Notes: a model not told the origin generated them from the letters alone. A stretch of DNA of 64,000 bases from Octopus sinensis (GCF_006345805.1 NC_042998.1:44950001-45014000), one strand, 5' to 3'; numbered from the stretch's first letter, positions 1 through 11,712 are shown. Numbers and translations: made by a program.

Positions 1-142
1 GAAATAACATCATGAACATCACGTGTTTTCAAGGGACTTCTTTTTCTCTCACATAACGTATCCAACACTACATTATCGGATATGTCCTTCCATTCTTTTC
101 AATGGAGTTGCGCATAAACTAATCCAGTCTGGATTTTACATT

Positions 143-460
143 TCATGTCCTCTCCAGTTTTGCGCAGGCCTGGGCTAGAGGTAAGAAAATCCTGGGTAGC
201 CCAATCGTCAGGATTCCTCTCTCGACCTTGCTGACGTAGTCCAAAGGAGTGCAGAGCATTACGTATGGCACCAGCTTGGTTGCAGGAGATGCCGGAAGAG
301 TGTTGAGTCGAACACTAAACCGTCTACGGGGCTCCACTCTGGGTTTCTTTGAAGGTTTTCTCCTTTCCGTAACCCTGGATAGGGGCCCATACCGGGTACT
401 GTCAGCCGGAGACAGCTGAGCCCGGAACTCGTGTCAGGCAGGGTCGTCACTCCCTGAAGT
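143..460 (-). mobile_element. GC-rich fragment resembling the 5' region of an RTE-clade LINE
   Basis: GC-rich island in AT-rich DNA. The minus strand reads ...accaagctggtgccatacgtaatgctctgcactcctttggactacgtcagcaaggtcgagagaggaatcctgacgattgggc..., which resembles RTE 5' leaders as I recall them. No endonuclease or RT motif is visible. Confidence 0.35.
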
Positions 461-894
461 GGTGAAGAAAATCGCTACCCACTACCTACATTGTTAAATA
501 TTGATCTCTTATTTAAGCACACCACTTAAAATTTATTGGGAAGGCGTATAGTCGATTATAAGGACTTCAGTATTTGCGAGATACTGTTATTTTTGTTAAA
601 TCCAGATAAGTGAAAACCAAAGTTGACCATGGTGTGGTTTGAAAAAGAAACATAAACACCAACAATAAATATCGCCAAACGACTCAGCCAATGCAGCGCA
701 CAATAGATGTAAGTAGTAAAAATTGTTTTGCCTCAAAATATGAAGTTAAAAGCTCGAAATTTCCTAAATTTATTAGCAACTTATCAAATACATTTAGACA
801 TTTTATCAAAATCTAATACAAGAGAGATAAACTTCGATGAAATTCGAAATATGTCGGTTGTAATCGGAATAATAAGGAAAAATGTCGAAGAATA

Positions 895-963
895 CTACAC
901 ACGCACATGTATGTGTGTGTGTGAGTATATATTTACACACACACACACATGTGTGTGTGCGCG

Positions 964-995
<32 letters not shown>

Positions 996-1040
996 TGTAT
1001 GTATGTATGTATGTATGTATGTATGTATGTATGTATGTAT
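895..1040. repeat. Compound (CA/TG)n and (TATG)n microsatellite
   Basis: Directly visible tandem repeats. Confidence 0.95.
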
Positions 1041-2009
1041 ACGCTTTATGTCACCGTTGCGATTGCACAATATTTTGAAATATCATAACGATAATAAATC
1101 ATGTTTTGTTCACATTGTAAGGCTACAATCTTTGACAATATGGCTCCTTTTCAAATAACTACGACGATCATTTCTGTCGGCTGTTGTTTGCTACAATATT
1201 TGACTTGCTCAATACCGTTAAATTCAAATATTTATTATTTCTTGCGAAAACATTTTTCTCTTCTTTTTCTTCATATGTTTTGTGATTATGCCCTGGAAGC
1301 ATAACGACTCCTTTACAATATCATAGCATCCAATACCGTCACTCTTACAGCAACAAATATAACCTCTATCATTTCATCACTGCTATGACCTAATTTAGCT
1401 ATCATAGCTTTTTTTCTTATCCACTTACGCAGACTACTATGAAAATAAAAACGATAAAAAAAAAATAGCTCAAATTTTCATGACAGTTATTACTTTCTTC
1501 ACATCTGTTTGCGAGTCTTATAACTGTTGGACAAAATACATTATCCTGATACTTGATATAAGAATACAGATAATTCAAAATTTATGGGGATTTTAAAACT
1601 CACATGTGTTTGTTCTGGGGTAGATCAACACGCCTTCAAGGTCGCCACCATCCAGATATTTAAATGAATGCTTTAAATAAAATGCTCCTCTTCAATGAAC
1701 GCTTAGAGGAACATTTCTGAGGATTCAAGGTAATTCGTTGAGATAGCTTGAGAGGTATTGAACTTTTCTGCAATATGATACCTCGAAGAAAAGCTACAAA
1801 CTGTAAGCGAACAGGTTCGTTAAATATTTTGAATTCAAGCAAAAGATTCAGTTTCTTGCATTGTATTCTGTTTTACAATGTTTCATATATGGATTTCATA
1901 CAATGGCGCAAAAACAGTCTGATGCCCACTACTGGTTCTTTATTTGTATGCTTGAAAAGGAAATAGCTTTAAAATGCGAACACACATACATATATACATA
2001 TATATAAAC

Positions 2010-2040
<31 letters not shown>

Positions 2041-2041
<1 letters not shown>

Positions 2042-2166
2042 GGGTGTGCGCTGGCCACTACACACATTCTTTAGTTTCTCTCCTTGTTTCTTTCTGTGTT
2101 TCTTTCTGTGGAAGAGCGTAAGCTCAAAACGTTAAAGACTTTTTCACTTCCCGAGCGTTATACTAT

Positions 2167-2170
<4 letters not shown>
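2041..2170 (+). mobile_element. Penelope-like (PLE) pseudo-LTR fragment embedded in (TA)n
   Basis: Unique ~130-bp segment flanked by (TA)n on both sides and containing a hammerhead-like motif. Confidence 0.5.
2101..2138 (+). ncRNA. Degenerate minimal type-I hammerhead ribozyme motif
   Basis: Stem I TCTTT(2101-2105)/AAAGA(2134-2138); core CTGTGGA (consensus CUGANGA) plus A; stem II GAGC-GTAA-GCTC; AAAA (consensus GAAA); C-GTT cleavage triplet. Two core positions deviate from consensus. Confidence 0.55.
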
Positions 2171-2220
<50 letters not shown>

Positions 2221-2267
2221 TATATACATACATATATACATATATACATGTATATACATATATATAC

Positions 2268-2305
<38 letters not shown>

Positions 2306-2372
2306 GTGTATATATATATATATATATGCAGTTGTATATATATACACACACACATATATATATACATACACA
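2171..2372. repeat. (TA)n/(TACA)n compound microsatellite
   Basis: Directly visible. Confidence 0.95.
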
Positions 2373-2560
2373 TATAGTCAATTAAAAAAAAGACAGAGAA
2401 AAATTAACAAACGTGAGGACGTAGCGCAAGCAATGTATTAATACGACGGTCAGAGAAAGAAGAGAGTAGTTGTTTTACATTTCGAGCATAGCTCTTCTTC
2501 GAAAACAGGAAAAACAATAAATTTAAGAAGGGAGGAAGAAAACAATCGCCAACATTTCGG
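2373..2560 (-). mobile_element. Second PLE-like pseudo-LTR fragment, opposite orientation
   Basis: Carries a related hammerhead-like motif. Its downstream sequence (gaccgtcgtattaataca on the minus strand) resembles gagcgttatactattaca of the 2041-2170 element. Flanked by (TA)n. Confidence 0.5.
2471..2507 (-). ncRNA. Degenerate minimal type-I hammerhead ribozyme motif
   Basis: Minus strand: TGTTT-TCGAAGA-A-GAGC-TAT-GCTC-GAAA-T-GTA-AAACA. Stems I and II pair perfectly, and GAAA and the GUA triplet are intact. The CU of the core reads UC. Confidence 0.55.
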
Positions 2561-2589
2561 ATATATATAAATATAAATATATATATATA

Positions 2590-2823
2590 CAGGGTTGGCC
2601 AAAAGTCACCCGATAGTGAATCAAACTTCCATAAGTACTATCTGTAATTCTGTATTGACTTGAGTGGAAGAATGTGTCGCTCAAGAAGGACTTCAGTTTG
2701 ATCAATTTTCATGATGTTTCATGTTTAGTTGCTTTTTATTAAATTCATTCAGTTGTTAAACATAAATAAATCTTGGAATTAAATGGTTTTGATTTACTGT
2801 CACATGACTTTTGGCCAACCCTG
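2590..2823. mobile_element. Tc1/mariner-type MITE (234 bp)
   Basis: Perfect 19-bp TIRs CAGGGTTGGCCAAAAGTCA (2590-2608) and TGACTTTTGGCCAACCCTG (2805-2823); TA on both flanks; no ORF. Confidence 0.9.
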
Positions 2824-2830
2824 TATATAT

Positions 2831-2960
2831 ACTCACAAAGCTTTGGTCGGCCTGGGGCTATAACAGAAGACATTTGCGCCCAATGTACCACGCTTTGGAA
2901 GCGAACCCGGAACCATGTGGTTGAGAAACAATCTTCTTATTACAGAGCCACACCTGCTCC
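2831..2960 (-). mobile_element. tRNA-derived SINE, module A (5' part)
   Basis: Matches the other A copies (actcacaaagctttggtcgg...gaacccggaaccatgtgg). Confidence 0.75.
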
Positions 2961-3984
2961 TTGTTAAACGCCTTTACTCAGTCTCAGTACTAGCATCACA
3001 CACGAAGAATCTAAACCAACTACACCACCCCACCCACCCCATTCCCGTCATTTCACGTTTTCCTTCTTCCAAAGCCAACGGTATCGACTTACTTTTATAT
3101 CTCTTAGGAGTCGATAAAATATTAAATACCTCTTATATACTGGGCATAGAAGAAATCGATAAAATACTTCTGCTACGAATGTCATCAACCTTGAACGAAT
3201 TTTAAAGAAATCAAGGTTTTACAGATAAGTATTAACAACTATTTAAAGTATTAAGAAGTATTTAAAAGCTACTACAAATTCTTTAATTAATATACGATCG
3301 ATAAAAACAGAGAATACAACAGCTTTGTCACATTGCAGATGAAACAAAAGGTCATAGAGAAATCAAATTCGGTGACAGAATTTCCGAGTAGAAAAATTCC
3401 TGGAATGTTAAAGATAAAGCATTATAAAGCTCTGTGTAGCCAAGAACACTTTAAATTGTTCGTCTGGCTGTCAGGAGTTAAACTCTTCGAGGCATAAACG
3501 ATAAGCGCTAATAAATCACAAAGAAATATTTAAAAAAACAAAAGCAAAAAAAAATGATGCTCGGATTTATTACTTTTTTTTTTTATCTGAAAAAAAAAAT
3601 TATGGTAATGATGACGACGACGGCGATGATGATGATGATGATGATGATGATTACGAGGACGACGGCAGTGGTGGAGGTGGTGGTGGTGGTGGTGATTTTT
3701 TTTGATAGCACGACGAACTTTTCTGTTACCGTAATTTTATTTTTAGATTTTTTTTTTCTGTGTGTTTAAAAAAGAAAAGAATTCTGGAATAATGGTTAAA
3801 CAAGAGACAGTTCATTTAATTGTTATTCATTATTATTATGCTACTGAGAAATATTGCTCTCCCTTTCTTTGCGATTTTTCTTTTTTTCGTTATCTTTCAG
3901 TTCCATCACACAGAGACAAACGCACACACACACAACCATGAATGAGCGTGTACGGATACGTGTACGGTTGTATGCATATATACC

Positions 3985-4020
3985 GATGTGTGCGTATATA
4001 TATATATTTATATATTTATG

Positions 4021-4065
<45 letters not shown>

Positions 4066-4170
4066 GTATGTATATATTTATATATATGTATATATATACA
4101 TATATATATATACGTATGTATATATTTATATATATGTATATATATACATATATATAACTATATATATATC

Positions 4171-4218
<48 letters not shown>

Positions 4219-4323
4219 ATATATACATATATAACTATACATATATATATATGCATATATACATATATTTATATATATATATGCATATATATAACTATAT
4301 ATATATGTGTGTGTGTGTGTATT

Positions 4324-4354
<31 letters not shown>

Positions 4355-4462
4355 AATTATATATATATAAAACTGTATAAATATATATTTATATATATAC
4401 TTATAAATATATATGTGTGTGTGTGTGTATGCATATATATTTATATATATATATATATTATT

Positions 4463-4495
<33 letters not shown>

Positions 4496-4532
4496 ATATA
4501 CATATGCATATATATATGTATATACAAGTATT

Positions 4533-4569
<37 letters not shown>

Positions 4570-4723
4570 TTGTGTGTGTGTGTATTTATACATATATTTA
4601 TATATTTATATATATTTATATAAATATATACTTATATACATAGACATATATATATACATATAAATATATATAGAGAGAGAGATAGATTAATACACACACA
4701 CACACCACACCACACACACACAC

Positions 4724-4766
<43 letters not shown>

Positions 4767-4848
4767 GATATATATATATATATATACATAGATTATACAT
4801 ATAAATACATAGATATATATAAATATATATATGTATATACATAAATAC

Positions 4849-4907
<59 letters not shown>

Positions 4908-4976
4908 TATACATAGATATAAACATATAAATACATATAGATATATATAAATATATATATGTATATACATAAATAC

Positions 4977-5051
<75 letters not shown>

Positions 5052-5070
5052 ATAAATGCATATCAATATA
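3985..5070. repeat. ~1.1-kb degenerate (TA)n-rich array with (TG)n/(CA)n inserts
   Basis: Directly visible; a sub-block near 4795-4900 recurs near 4925-5040. Confidence 0.95.
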
Positions 5071-5216
5071 TATATATAAAATACAAAATGGAACAAGAAC
5101 GCAAAACATCCAAATAGACGATACAAAAAAGACGGACGGGTCATTCGAAGCCTTTAATCTTCAGTCAAGAACCGGATCATCCTCGCAATTTCGGCTGATT
5201 AATCTTGAGATTGCTC

Positions 5217-5220
<4 letters not shown>
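5071..5220. mobile_element. Short interspersed repeat fragment inside (TA)n, possibly PLE-related
   Basis: 150-bp unique segment bounded by (TA)n on both sides, the same context as the elements at 2041-2560. Confidence 0.3.
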
Positions 5221-5264
<44 letters not shown>

Positions 5265-6032
5265 AGATTTGATTCGTTGCCGAATGCAGTGTTAGAAAAT
5301 GCGTCACCTAAATGTGCTTTGTCCTATCATTTTTACCAAACATGAGTAATATAAATTAAGTAATCTATTTGACACTTTATGGTACTTTGTAAACTTGTAT
5401 CGTAGTTTAGCTTTTATGAGTTTCAATCATTAGATTATTCCTATAATCTGTGAAGGGAATGAAACCCAGTACAAGTCTTTATGGAAAGAGGAGTCACTGC
5501 TAAAGATTCGTACTGAATTTCAGTATTGTCCATTAATGACGACATGGCGAATACTATTGATCATAAACTGTTTTATATTTCAACGTAAGCTTATAATGCT
5601 TTGCCCTTTTCTCAATAAAAGAAAGTGTATGATTAACACTTTCACAGCTTTACCGAGGTCAAAATATCAGCATCAACTTTTAAGCCTTATCCTACAGTTT
5701 CAAATGTCATCTACTTGAAGGGGTTGGGTATGATTGTTTATTCCGGTCCGAGTGCCCTGCTGCTTTTGTTTAAGATTCCTATTTTCAAAATTCCTGATAA
5801 ATTCATACGTCTTTATTCTTTCAAAGGATTTTAATAGTAATCTGTTTGTATCTATTATACGCCTTCTGACTTACTCTTAACCATTATATATTCTTTCAAA
5901 GAAATGTAATATACGTGACGCAGGCCTAAAGTATTTCTGGGAGAAATTTTTCTTCACTATTGGAATTATTTACAATATCAATATCAGTCTTCGAAACTGA
6001 TATTGTAACTTTTTGGGTAGATATACATAGCC

Positions 6033-6356
6033 TGGCTCTCTGTCGGTTGCGACGACGCGTGTTCCAGTTCATTCGATCAACGGAACAGCCTGCTCGTAAA
6101 ATTAACCTGTAAGTGAATGAGCACTTCTCAGACACGCGTACCCTTATCGTAGTTCTCAGATTCAGCGTGACACGCCGAATGTGTCAAAGCTGGCTTTTTG
6201 AATAACAGATACAACTCATTTTTCCCGGCTTAGTGGACTGGAGCAATACGTAATTTAGTTTCTTGCTTGAGGACACAACGCACCACCTGGAATCAAATTC
6301 ATGACCGTAAGATCGCAAGTCGAATATACCTTGGCCGTTAAGCCACGTGCCTTCCC
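6033..6356 (-). mobile_element. tRNA-derived SINE, module F (near full length)
   Basis: The minus strand begins ggaaggcacgtggcttaacgg..., with a B-box-like gaatttgattcc and gtgtcctcaagcaag. The 3' part matches 14760-14943. Confidence 0.75.
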
Positions 6357-6740
6357 AGTAGAATTGTGCCAGAATTTTTGTTTTTTTATAAATGTTGCTA
6401 AAAGGCAATAAAAGTAGGACATTTACTGGCGTGCCACAACTGAGTTCTTTCTTTTGTAATAGCTAATTTGGTGTCACTTGCGTCGAAAATCGATGGCCTT
6501 AAAGTTATTGTTGAACAGCACCAGGTCATCCTTGATCAACTAGGCCTATTAAGAAGGACATTCCAGTCATAGCCTTCATGACTTTTGAGGTATATCTAGG
6601 ACTGTATGAACCTATGTGTTGTTTCTTGTTTAATACTGTGTAGTTTAATTCGAGAGAGATTCGGCTGGATCTTTGTTTTTTTACCGGGTCTGTTTATAAG
6701 AGATGCACGGATATATATTAGCCTCATCCCAATTTCAGCA

Positions 6741-7042
6741 AGTGAAGGCACATGGCATACTGGTTTAAGCAGCGGACTCGCGGTCGAGAGATCGCGGGTT
6801 CGAATCTTAGACCTGGTGATGTGTGTGTTTATGAGCGAAACACCTAAGCTCCACGCGGCTCCGGCAGAAGGTAATGGCGAACTTCTGCTGACTCTTTCGC
6901 CACAACTTTCTCTCATTCTTTCTTCCTGCATCTTGCAGCTCACCTGCGACAGACCGGCGTCCCGTCCAGGTGGGGAACCTATACGTCACGGAAACCTGGA
7001 AACCGGCCCTTATGAGCCAGGCATGGCTCGAGAAGGAACAAA
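6741..7042 (+). mobile_element. tRNA-derived SINE, module C, with TSD
   Basis: tRNA-like head with a B box (gggttcgaatc). An 11-bp direct repeat CAATTTCAGCA lies at 6730-6740 and 7043-7053. Homologous to 12781-12918 and 42448-42760. Confidence 0.85.
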
Positions 7043-7762
7043 CAATTTCAGCAGAGCATATTCAGGAAAACAGAAAGGTTTTAGTACATTAAAGCATGTA
7101 ATATAGATAGGCCCTATGTGTTATATGGGACTTGATGTGATGTTTTGAAACATCTTTTGCAGAGAGGTTCGTCTTATATGTCAGAACACGGTATATCAGG
7201 TCGATCCCACATTGGTACGTCGGAATTGTTGTGCAGCAACGTAGCTTCCCAAAATACACCACAGGTGTTAATCGTCTGGTTTATTTTCCACATCGTGTAG
7301 ATTATCAATTGTCATTTTCCTGTAGAAGTTTACTGCCTTTAAGCACATCAAAGACTCTAAGATCTCTGAATACTTGGCAGTTACTTCTGGGTGGTTTCTC
7401 TCATTTCTACTGCACCATGCAGAATAGATTTGTCCATTCAATATAGCGGAATTCTTGTGCTTCCAAGCGAAAAAGTAAATAGCCATTGCGTTTCTCTTTA
7501 TTTCATTTAGGCTTTATTTGTTTTGATTTTTGTTTATTTTGTTTTTTTTGTTTTTTTTTTGTTACTCTACTTACTGCCAATACAAGCACATATAGAATAA
7601 CGCATGTGTGGGTCACACCTAGTCGTTTGGCTGATTGCCAACTTGATACAGCTTTGATCAGTCACAGCTGATCTGGGACTTCACACACACACACACACAC
7701 ACACATCTCAATGCATTATCTTTAACCATGGATATCTCTATCCATTTGTATACTGAAAAAGA

Positions 7763-8362
7763 GGTGACGAGCTGGAAGAGTCTTTAGCGTATCAGGGCAA
7801 AAATATTCAACGTCATTTCTTTACGTTCTGAGTTCAAATTTCTCCGAGGTCGACTTTGAAGCACGAGTTAAACACCTGGGATCTACATAATCGACTTATC
7901 TCCTAAAATTCCTGGACTAGTATCAAAATATGAAACCATAATTATTCTCAAAGAAAAGGCGAGGAGCTGACAGAATCGTTAGCACGCCAGGCGAAGTACT
8001 TTGACGGCATTTCGCCTGTCTACACGTTCTGAGTTCAAATTCCTCCGATGTCGACTGGATCTATATAATCGACTTATCTCCCCCTCCTCCAAAATTGGTG
8101 GCTTAGCACCAAAATATGAAACCGTAATTATTCTCAAAGAAAAGACGACGAGCTGACAGAATCGTTCGTACGTTGGGCAAACTGCTTTAGCGGCATTTCG
8201 CCCGCATTCACGTTCTGAGTTCTACGTCCCCCGAGGTCGACTTTGAATTTCATCTTTGAGGGATCGATAAAAAATAAGTATCAGTTAAACACTTAAGGTT
8301 AATGTAATCGACTTATCACCTCCTCCCCTAAAATTGCTGGCCTAGTACCAAAATATGAAACC
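7763..8362 (+). mobile_element. Three head-to-tail module B SINE units
   Basis: Units start at ~7763, 7958 and 8144 and each ends aaaatatgaaacc. Units 1-2 and 2-3 are joined by the same linker taattattctcaaagaaaag. Confidence 0.85.
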
Positions 8363-8697
8363 ATTATTATTATGAAAAAAAAATATTTTTTTCGTAACTA
8401 ATGCTGAATGAGTAACTACAAAGAAAGATTATAGCAGTTATTGATGAAGAAAAGATTAGAAATATTTTTGGAAAAAAATCTGCATAAAAGTAATATCAAC
8501 TACAAAGATGCTTATCTAATGATAAATGAGTAATATTGCTTACTATTCTAAAAGAGTGTTGTTAATCAAGAGAATAATTTATATCGATTGTCTATTTGAT
8601 GTATAGATCACATATCTGTAACACTCGAACACACGTGCAATCCTTTATGCCTTTCTTCAATGAATGGCTTACGTAATGCTCTCTCTGTCTTTTTGTC

Positions 8698-9103
8698 TTT
8701 TACTAAATTTAATCATTGGACTGCGGCTATGCTGAGGTATAGTCTTAAATGGTATGTTCGAATAGATAGATCCTAATATTTATTTATCAAAGTCTGTTAC
8801 TTATTCCATCGGTCTCTTTTGCCGAGCCGCTAAGTTACGAAGATGTAAACATACCGATATTGGTTGTCAAGCGATGGTGGGGGAGAAACACAGACATATA
8901 TATATATATATGTACATATATATATTTGTGTGTATGTGTGTGACGGGCTTCTTTCAGTTTCCATCTACCAAATCCACTCAGAAGGCTTTGGTCGGCCCGA
9001 GGCTATAGTAGAAGACACTTGTTCAAGGTGCCATGCAGTGGGACTGAACCCGGAACCATGGGGTTGGAAGGAAGCTACTTGCCATACATCTACTCCTGCG
9101 CCT
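8698..9103 (-). mobile_element. SINE module A, full length, internal (TA)/(TG) tract
   Basis: tRNA-like head (aggcgcaggagt...), body, internal microsatellite and ...gcatagccgcagtc tail. Confidence 0.85.
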
Positions 9104-9104
9104 G

Positions 9105-9136
<32 letters not shown>

Positions 9137-9140
<4 letters not shown>

Positions 9141-9250
9141 CCTGCTCGCTTAGCCAGCGGGGTGGCGTCATTCGAAGGCTAAAACAATGCGAACGCATTG
9201 TGACCAGCGATGTGTAACAACATCTGATGTTCTGGTCGGTCACGTGATCA

Positions 9251-9258
<8 letters not shown>
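9137..9258 (+). mobile_element. SINE tail module D
   Basis: ggcctgctcgcttagccagcgggg...gtcacgtgatcac, homologous to 12660-12777 and 45131-45253 on the minus strand. Confidence 0.8.
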
Positions 9259-9287
<29 letters not shown>

Positions 9288-9293
9288 CATGCG

Positions 9294-9449
9294 ATGGGCG
9301 CTTCCACACAGTTTCCGCCGACCACATTCACTTACAAGGCCCGGGGCTTTAGCAGAAGACACTTTGCCATGATGCTGCACAGCTGTACTAAATCCGAAAG
9401 CACGCGGTTCCAAAGTGGTTTTCTTAACCACACAGCCATATCTGTGCAT
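9294..9449 (-). mobile_element. Diverged SINE module A (5' part)
   Basis: Similarity to the other A copies (agaagacactt...ttcttaaccacacagcca). Confidence 0.65.
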
Positions 9450-9757
9450 ATAAATACTATATATACATATATATATGTGTATGTATATAGATATACATAA
9501 CAATCTTTAGTTCATTTCTTTTATGCTTTCATTCACTCACGCTTTCTCATAATCAAATCATTAGTATATACTTAGAACCGGATAAAAGACTGATCTGTTG
9601 CTCAAAGTACACCCCAACGATGGTGCCCTTCATCAAGGCCTTAAGACTTGATTATAAAGCAGTAGACTAAAAATTCCATTCTATTCCAGGCCCAGACATC
9701 ACAGCTATATTAAATATAACCAGTGATTGTTCTTTAATTTTATTTGATAAATAATGC

Positions 9758-10006
9758 TTTCAGATTTGGCATGAGGTCTACACTCCCAGAAGTCAATTAT
9801 ATCTCCACCCACCCAACCCCGCCCCCGCTGCCAAACCCAATGCTTAACTGGCATTAATTTTTTTCGAACCCTGAAAGGATGAAAGGCAAAGTTAACCTCA
9901 GTGATATTTGAACTCAGAATATAAAGAACCAGAAGAAATACAGCCAAGCATTTTCTTTTCTATTCTGTCTTGTCTGACATGCAACAATTCCGCCAACTCG
10001 CTGTCT
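9758..10006 (-). mobile_element. Diverged SINE module B
   Basis: Contains gaaaggatgaaaggcaaagttaacctc...tttgaactcagaa, the reverse complement of the B core. Confidence 0.7.
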
Positions 10007-10152
10007 TAATTTTTTTTTCTATCATAGGCTCATGACCTGAGATTTGGGAGAGTGGGGTGGCTGATTACATCCACCTCAGTAATCAAATGGTACTTATTTT
10101 ATAAGACCACTTAATTTGTTTTATTGTTATTGGTGTAATTGTTGACATTATC

Positions 10153-10536
10153 TCTGGTCTCGCCTTGGTGAATGTTTTTATGTTCCATCTGAAAAGAAAG
10201 ATTTGGCTGGAGAGAAGGTGTCTGTCAGAGTATATGTACAAAAAAAGATGGATGCGTGTTGCACGGATACTGGGAGTGAAAGGCCCTGCGTGAACACGCT
10301 GTAAGGACTTCTAAAAGGTATCGGTTAAAAAGACAAGGCTCGTGGGGTCGGAGCACACTTGTTTTTTTAACCTCATATTATCCTTTTATTGTTTGTTTCG
10401 TAATTTGTGTTTCATCCGTTTTTATAACCATTTTTATATAAAATTTTATAATCCCATTCGATATACATAACCCCCATATCATGTTGTATTGTCCCCCCAC
10501 CCTCTATGTTGGCCCATTATGGGCAATAAAGAAAAG
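10153..10536 (+). mobile_element. 3' end of an L1/Tx1-like LINE (ORF2 C-terminus, 3' UTR, AATAAA)
   Basis: 10153-10293 translates SGLALVNVFMFHLKRKIWLERRCLSEYMYKKRWMRVARILGVKGPA*, resembling Tx1-type ORF2 C-termini as I recall them. T-rich UTR, hairpin at 10512-10524, AATAAA at 10525-10530. Confidence 0.55.
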
Positions 10537-11712
10537 ATTCGTGTAGTTGTCTTTACTAATAGTAGTAGTGTTTAGCCCAAGGACGGCTCTGACAGAACAT
10601 ACCTATGGTCAAAAGCGACCGGGCCGTAATTCCTTCAAGTATATCATCTTCAATGTGGCCTTCGTTTTTTTTTGTTTTTTTTTTTCTAACATCATGGTAA
10701 GATTTGAGGGGGATGAATTTTTTATTTCTAATAGATTGAGCGATTGCATTAAGTTTTACTAAATTTAATCATTGGACTGCGGCTATGCTAGTAACTAAGA
10801 ATATTTTAGCATAAGGTAGTAAGAGAGTTAACTACATTACCATTAAACAATGCAAATATTGCTATACAAGGAAGCCGTACCTTCACTGATCTCTAATTTT
10901 CTGATTTTAGCTAGCAAACTACTGCTTTACCTTGCGGCACTGTATGAACTGTCATTCTCTTCGAGCGAGAAATAGCATTTCGGCCACAATGTTGATCAAT
11001 AATTTATGAATTTCGTGTTTTCATTCGTATCGCATATGTAGCTTCATCTTATTCTGGCAGAATTTTCCATTAAAATATCATATTCTTTTCGAAGGTTTCT
11101 CTTTACCATATGCTCTAATAAAAAGAAATTAATGAGGAAATTCGTCTTAAAATAAGAAGACAAAACGGCAGAAAAAGAAACGCTTTGTTTAGTGTACTTC
11201 CAGTATCAACTGTATCACAATTAGAAACAAAAAGAGACGTTATTATCAGTAATAATAACGATGTTTGTGCTGTTGGTATTAAAAGAGATTAGCAACAGGC
11301 CATTTGATAAGAAGAAACAAGTTAGTCCGCCGGGATTAATATACAGAAAAGAGATTTGTTTCTAAGAAGATCCAAGTCAAAGTTTAGAAATATGATACAC
11401 AATGACAAGTGATAACATTTTAATATCATGTAGATATAATATGACTTCTTCGAAATGATTTCAAACCATATTTTATTAATGAAGATAAGAAATGAGTATC
11501 AGGTATTCATACTGTTGTGATTCAAAAACTTAACAATCAACAGTGATTAAGCCCGTGATCGCTGGTATAAACTCATTATGGTTTAAAGCTAGCTCATGTT
11601 GATATTCTGTTTAGCTTTATAATTTGATTCTTCCAAGTTTGGTTAATTATTCAAAGTTAACTTCCTGCAAGTATGTTAGAAGAAATAAAAGTTCAACTTT
11701 AACAATGTGCTG

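Noticed and set aside
6741-6830. SINE heads as functional tRNA genes (also 42690-42760, 63483-63560)
   Set aside because: They continue into SINE bodies, two have TSDs, and none forms a canonical cloverleaf.
6606-7106. 166-aa ORF
   Set aside because: It is read through SINE module C, which has its own TSD.
7763-8362. Repeat-spacer-like periodicity suggesting CRISPR
   Set aside because: The units are ~190-bp SINE copies in eukaryotic DNA. There are no short constant repeats with unique spacers and no cas genes.
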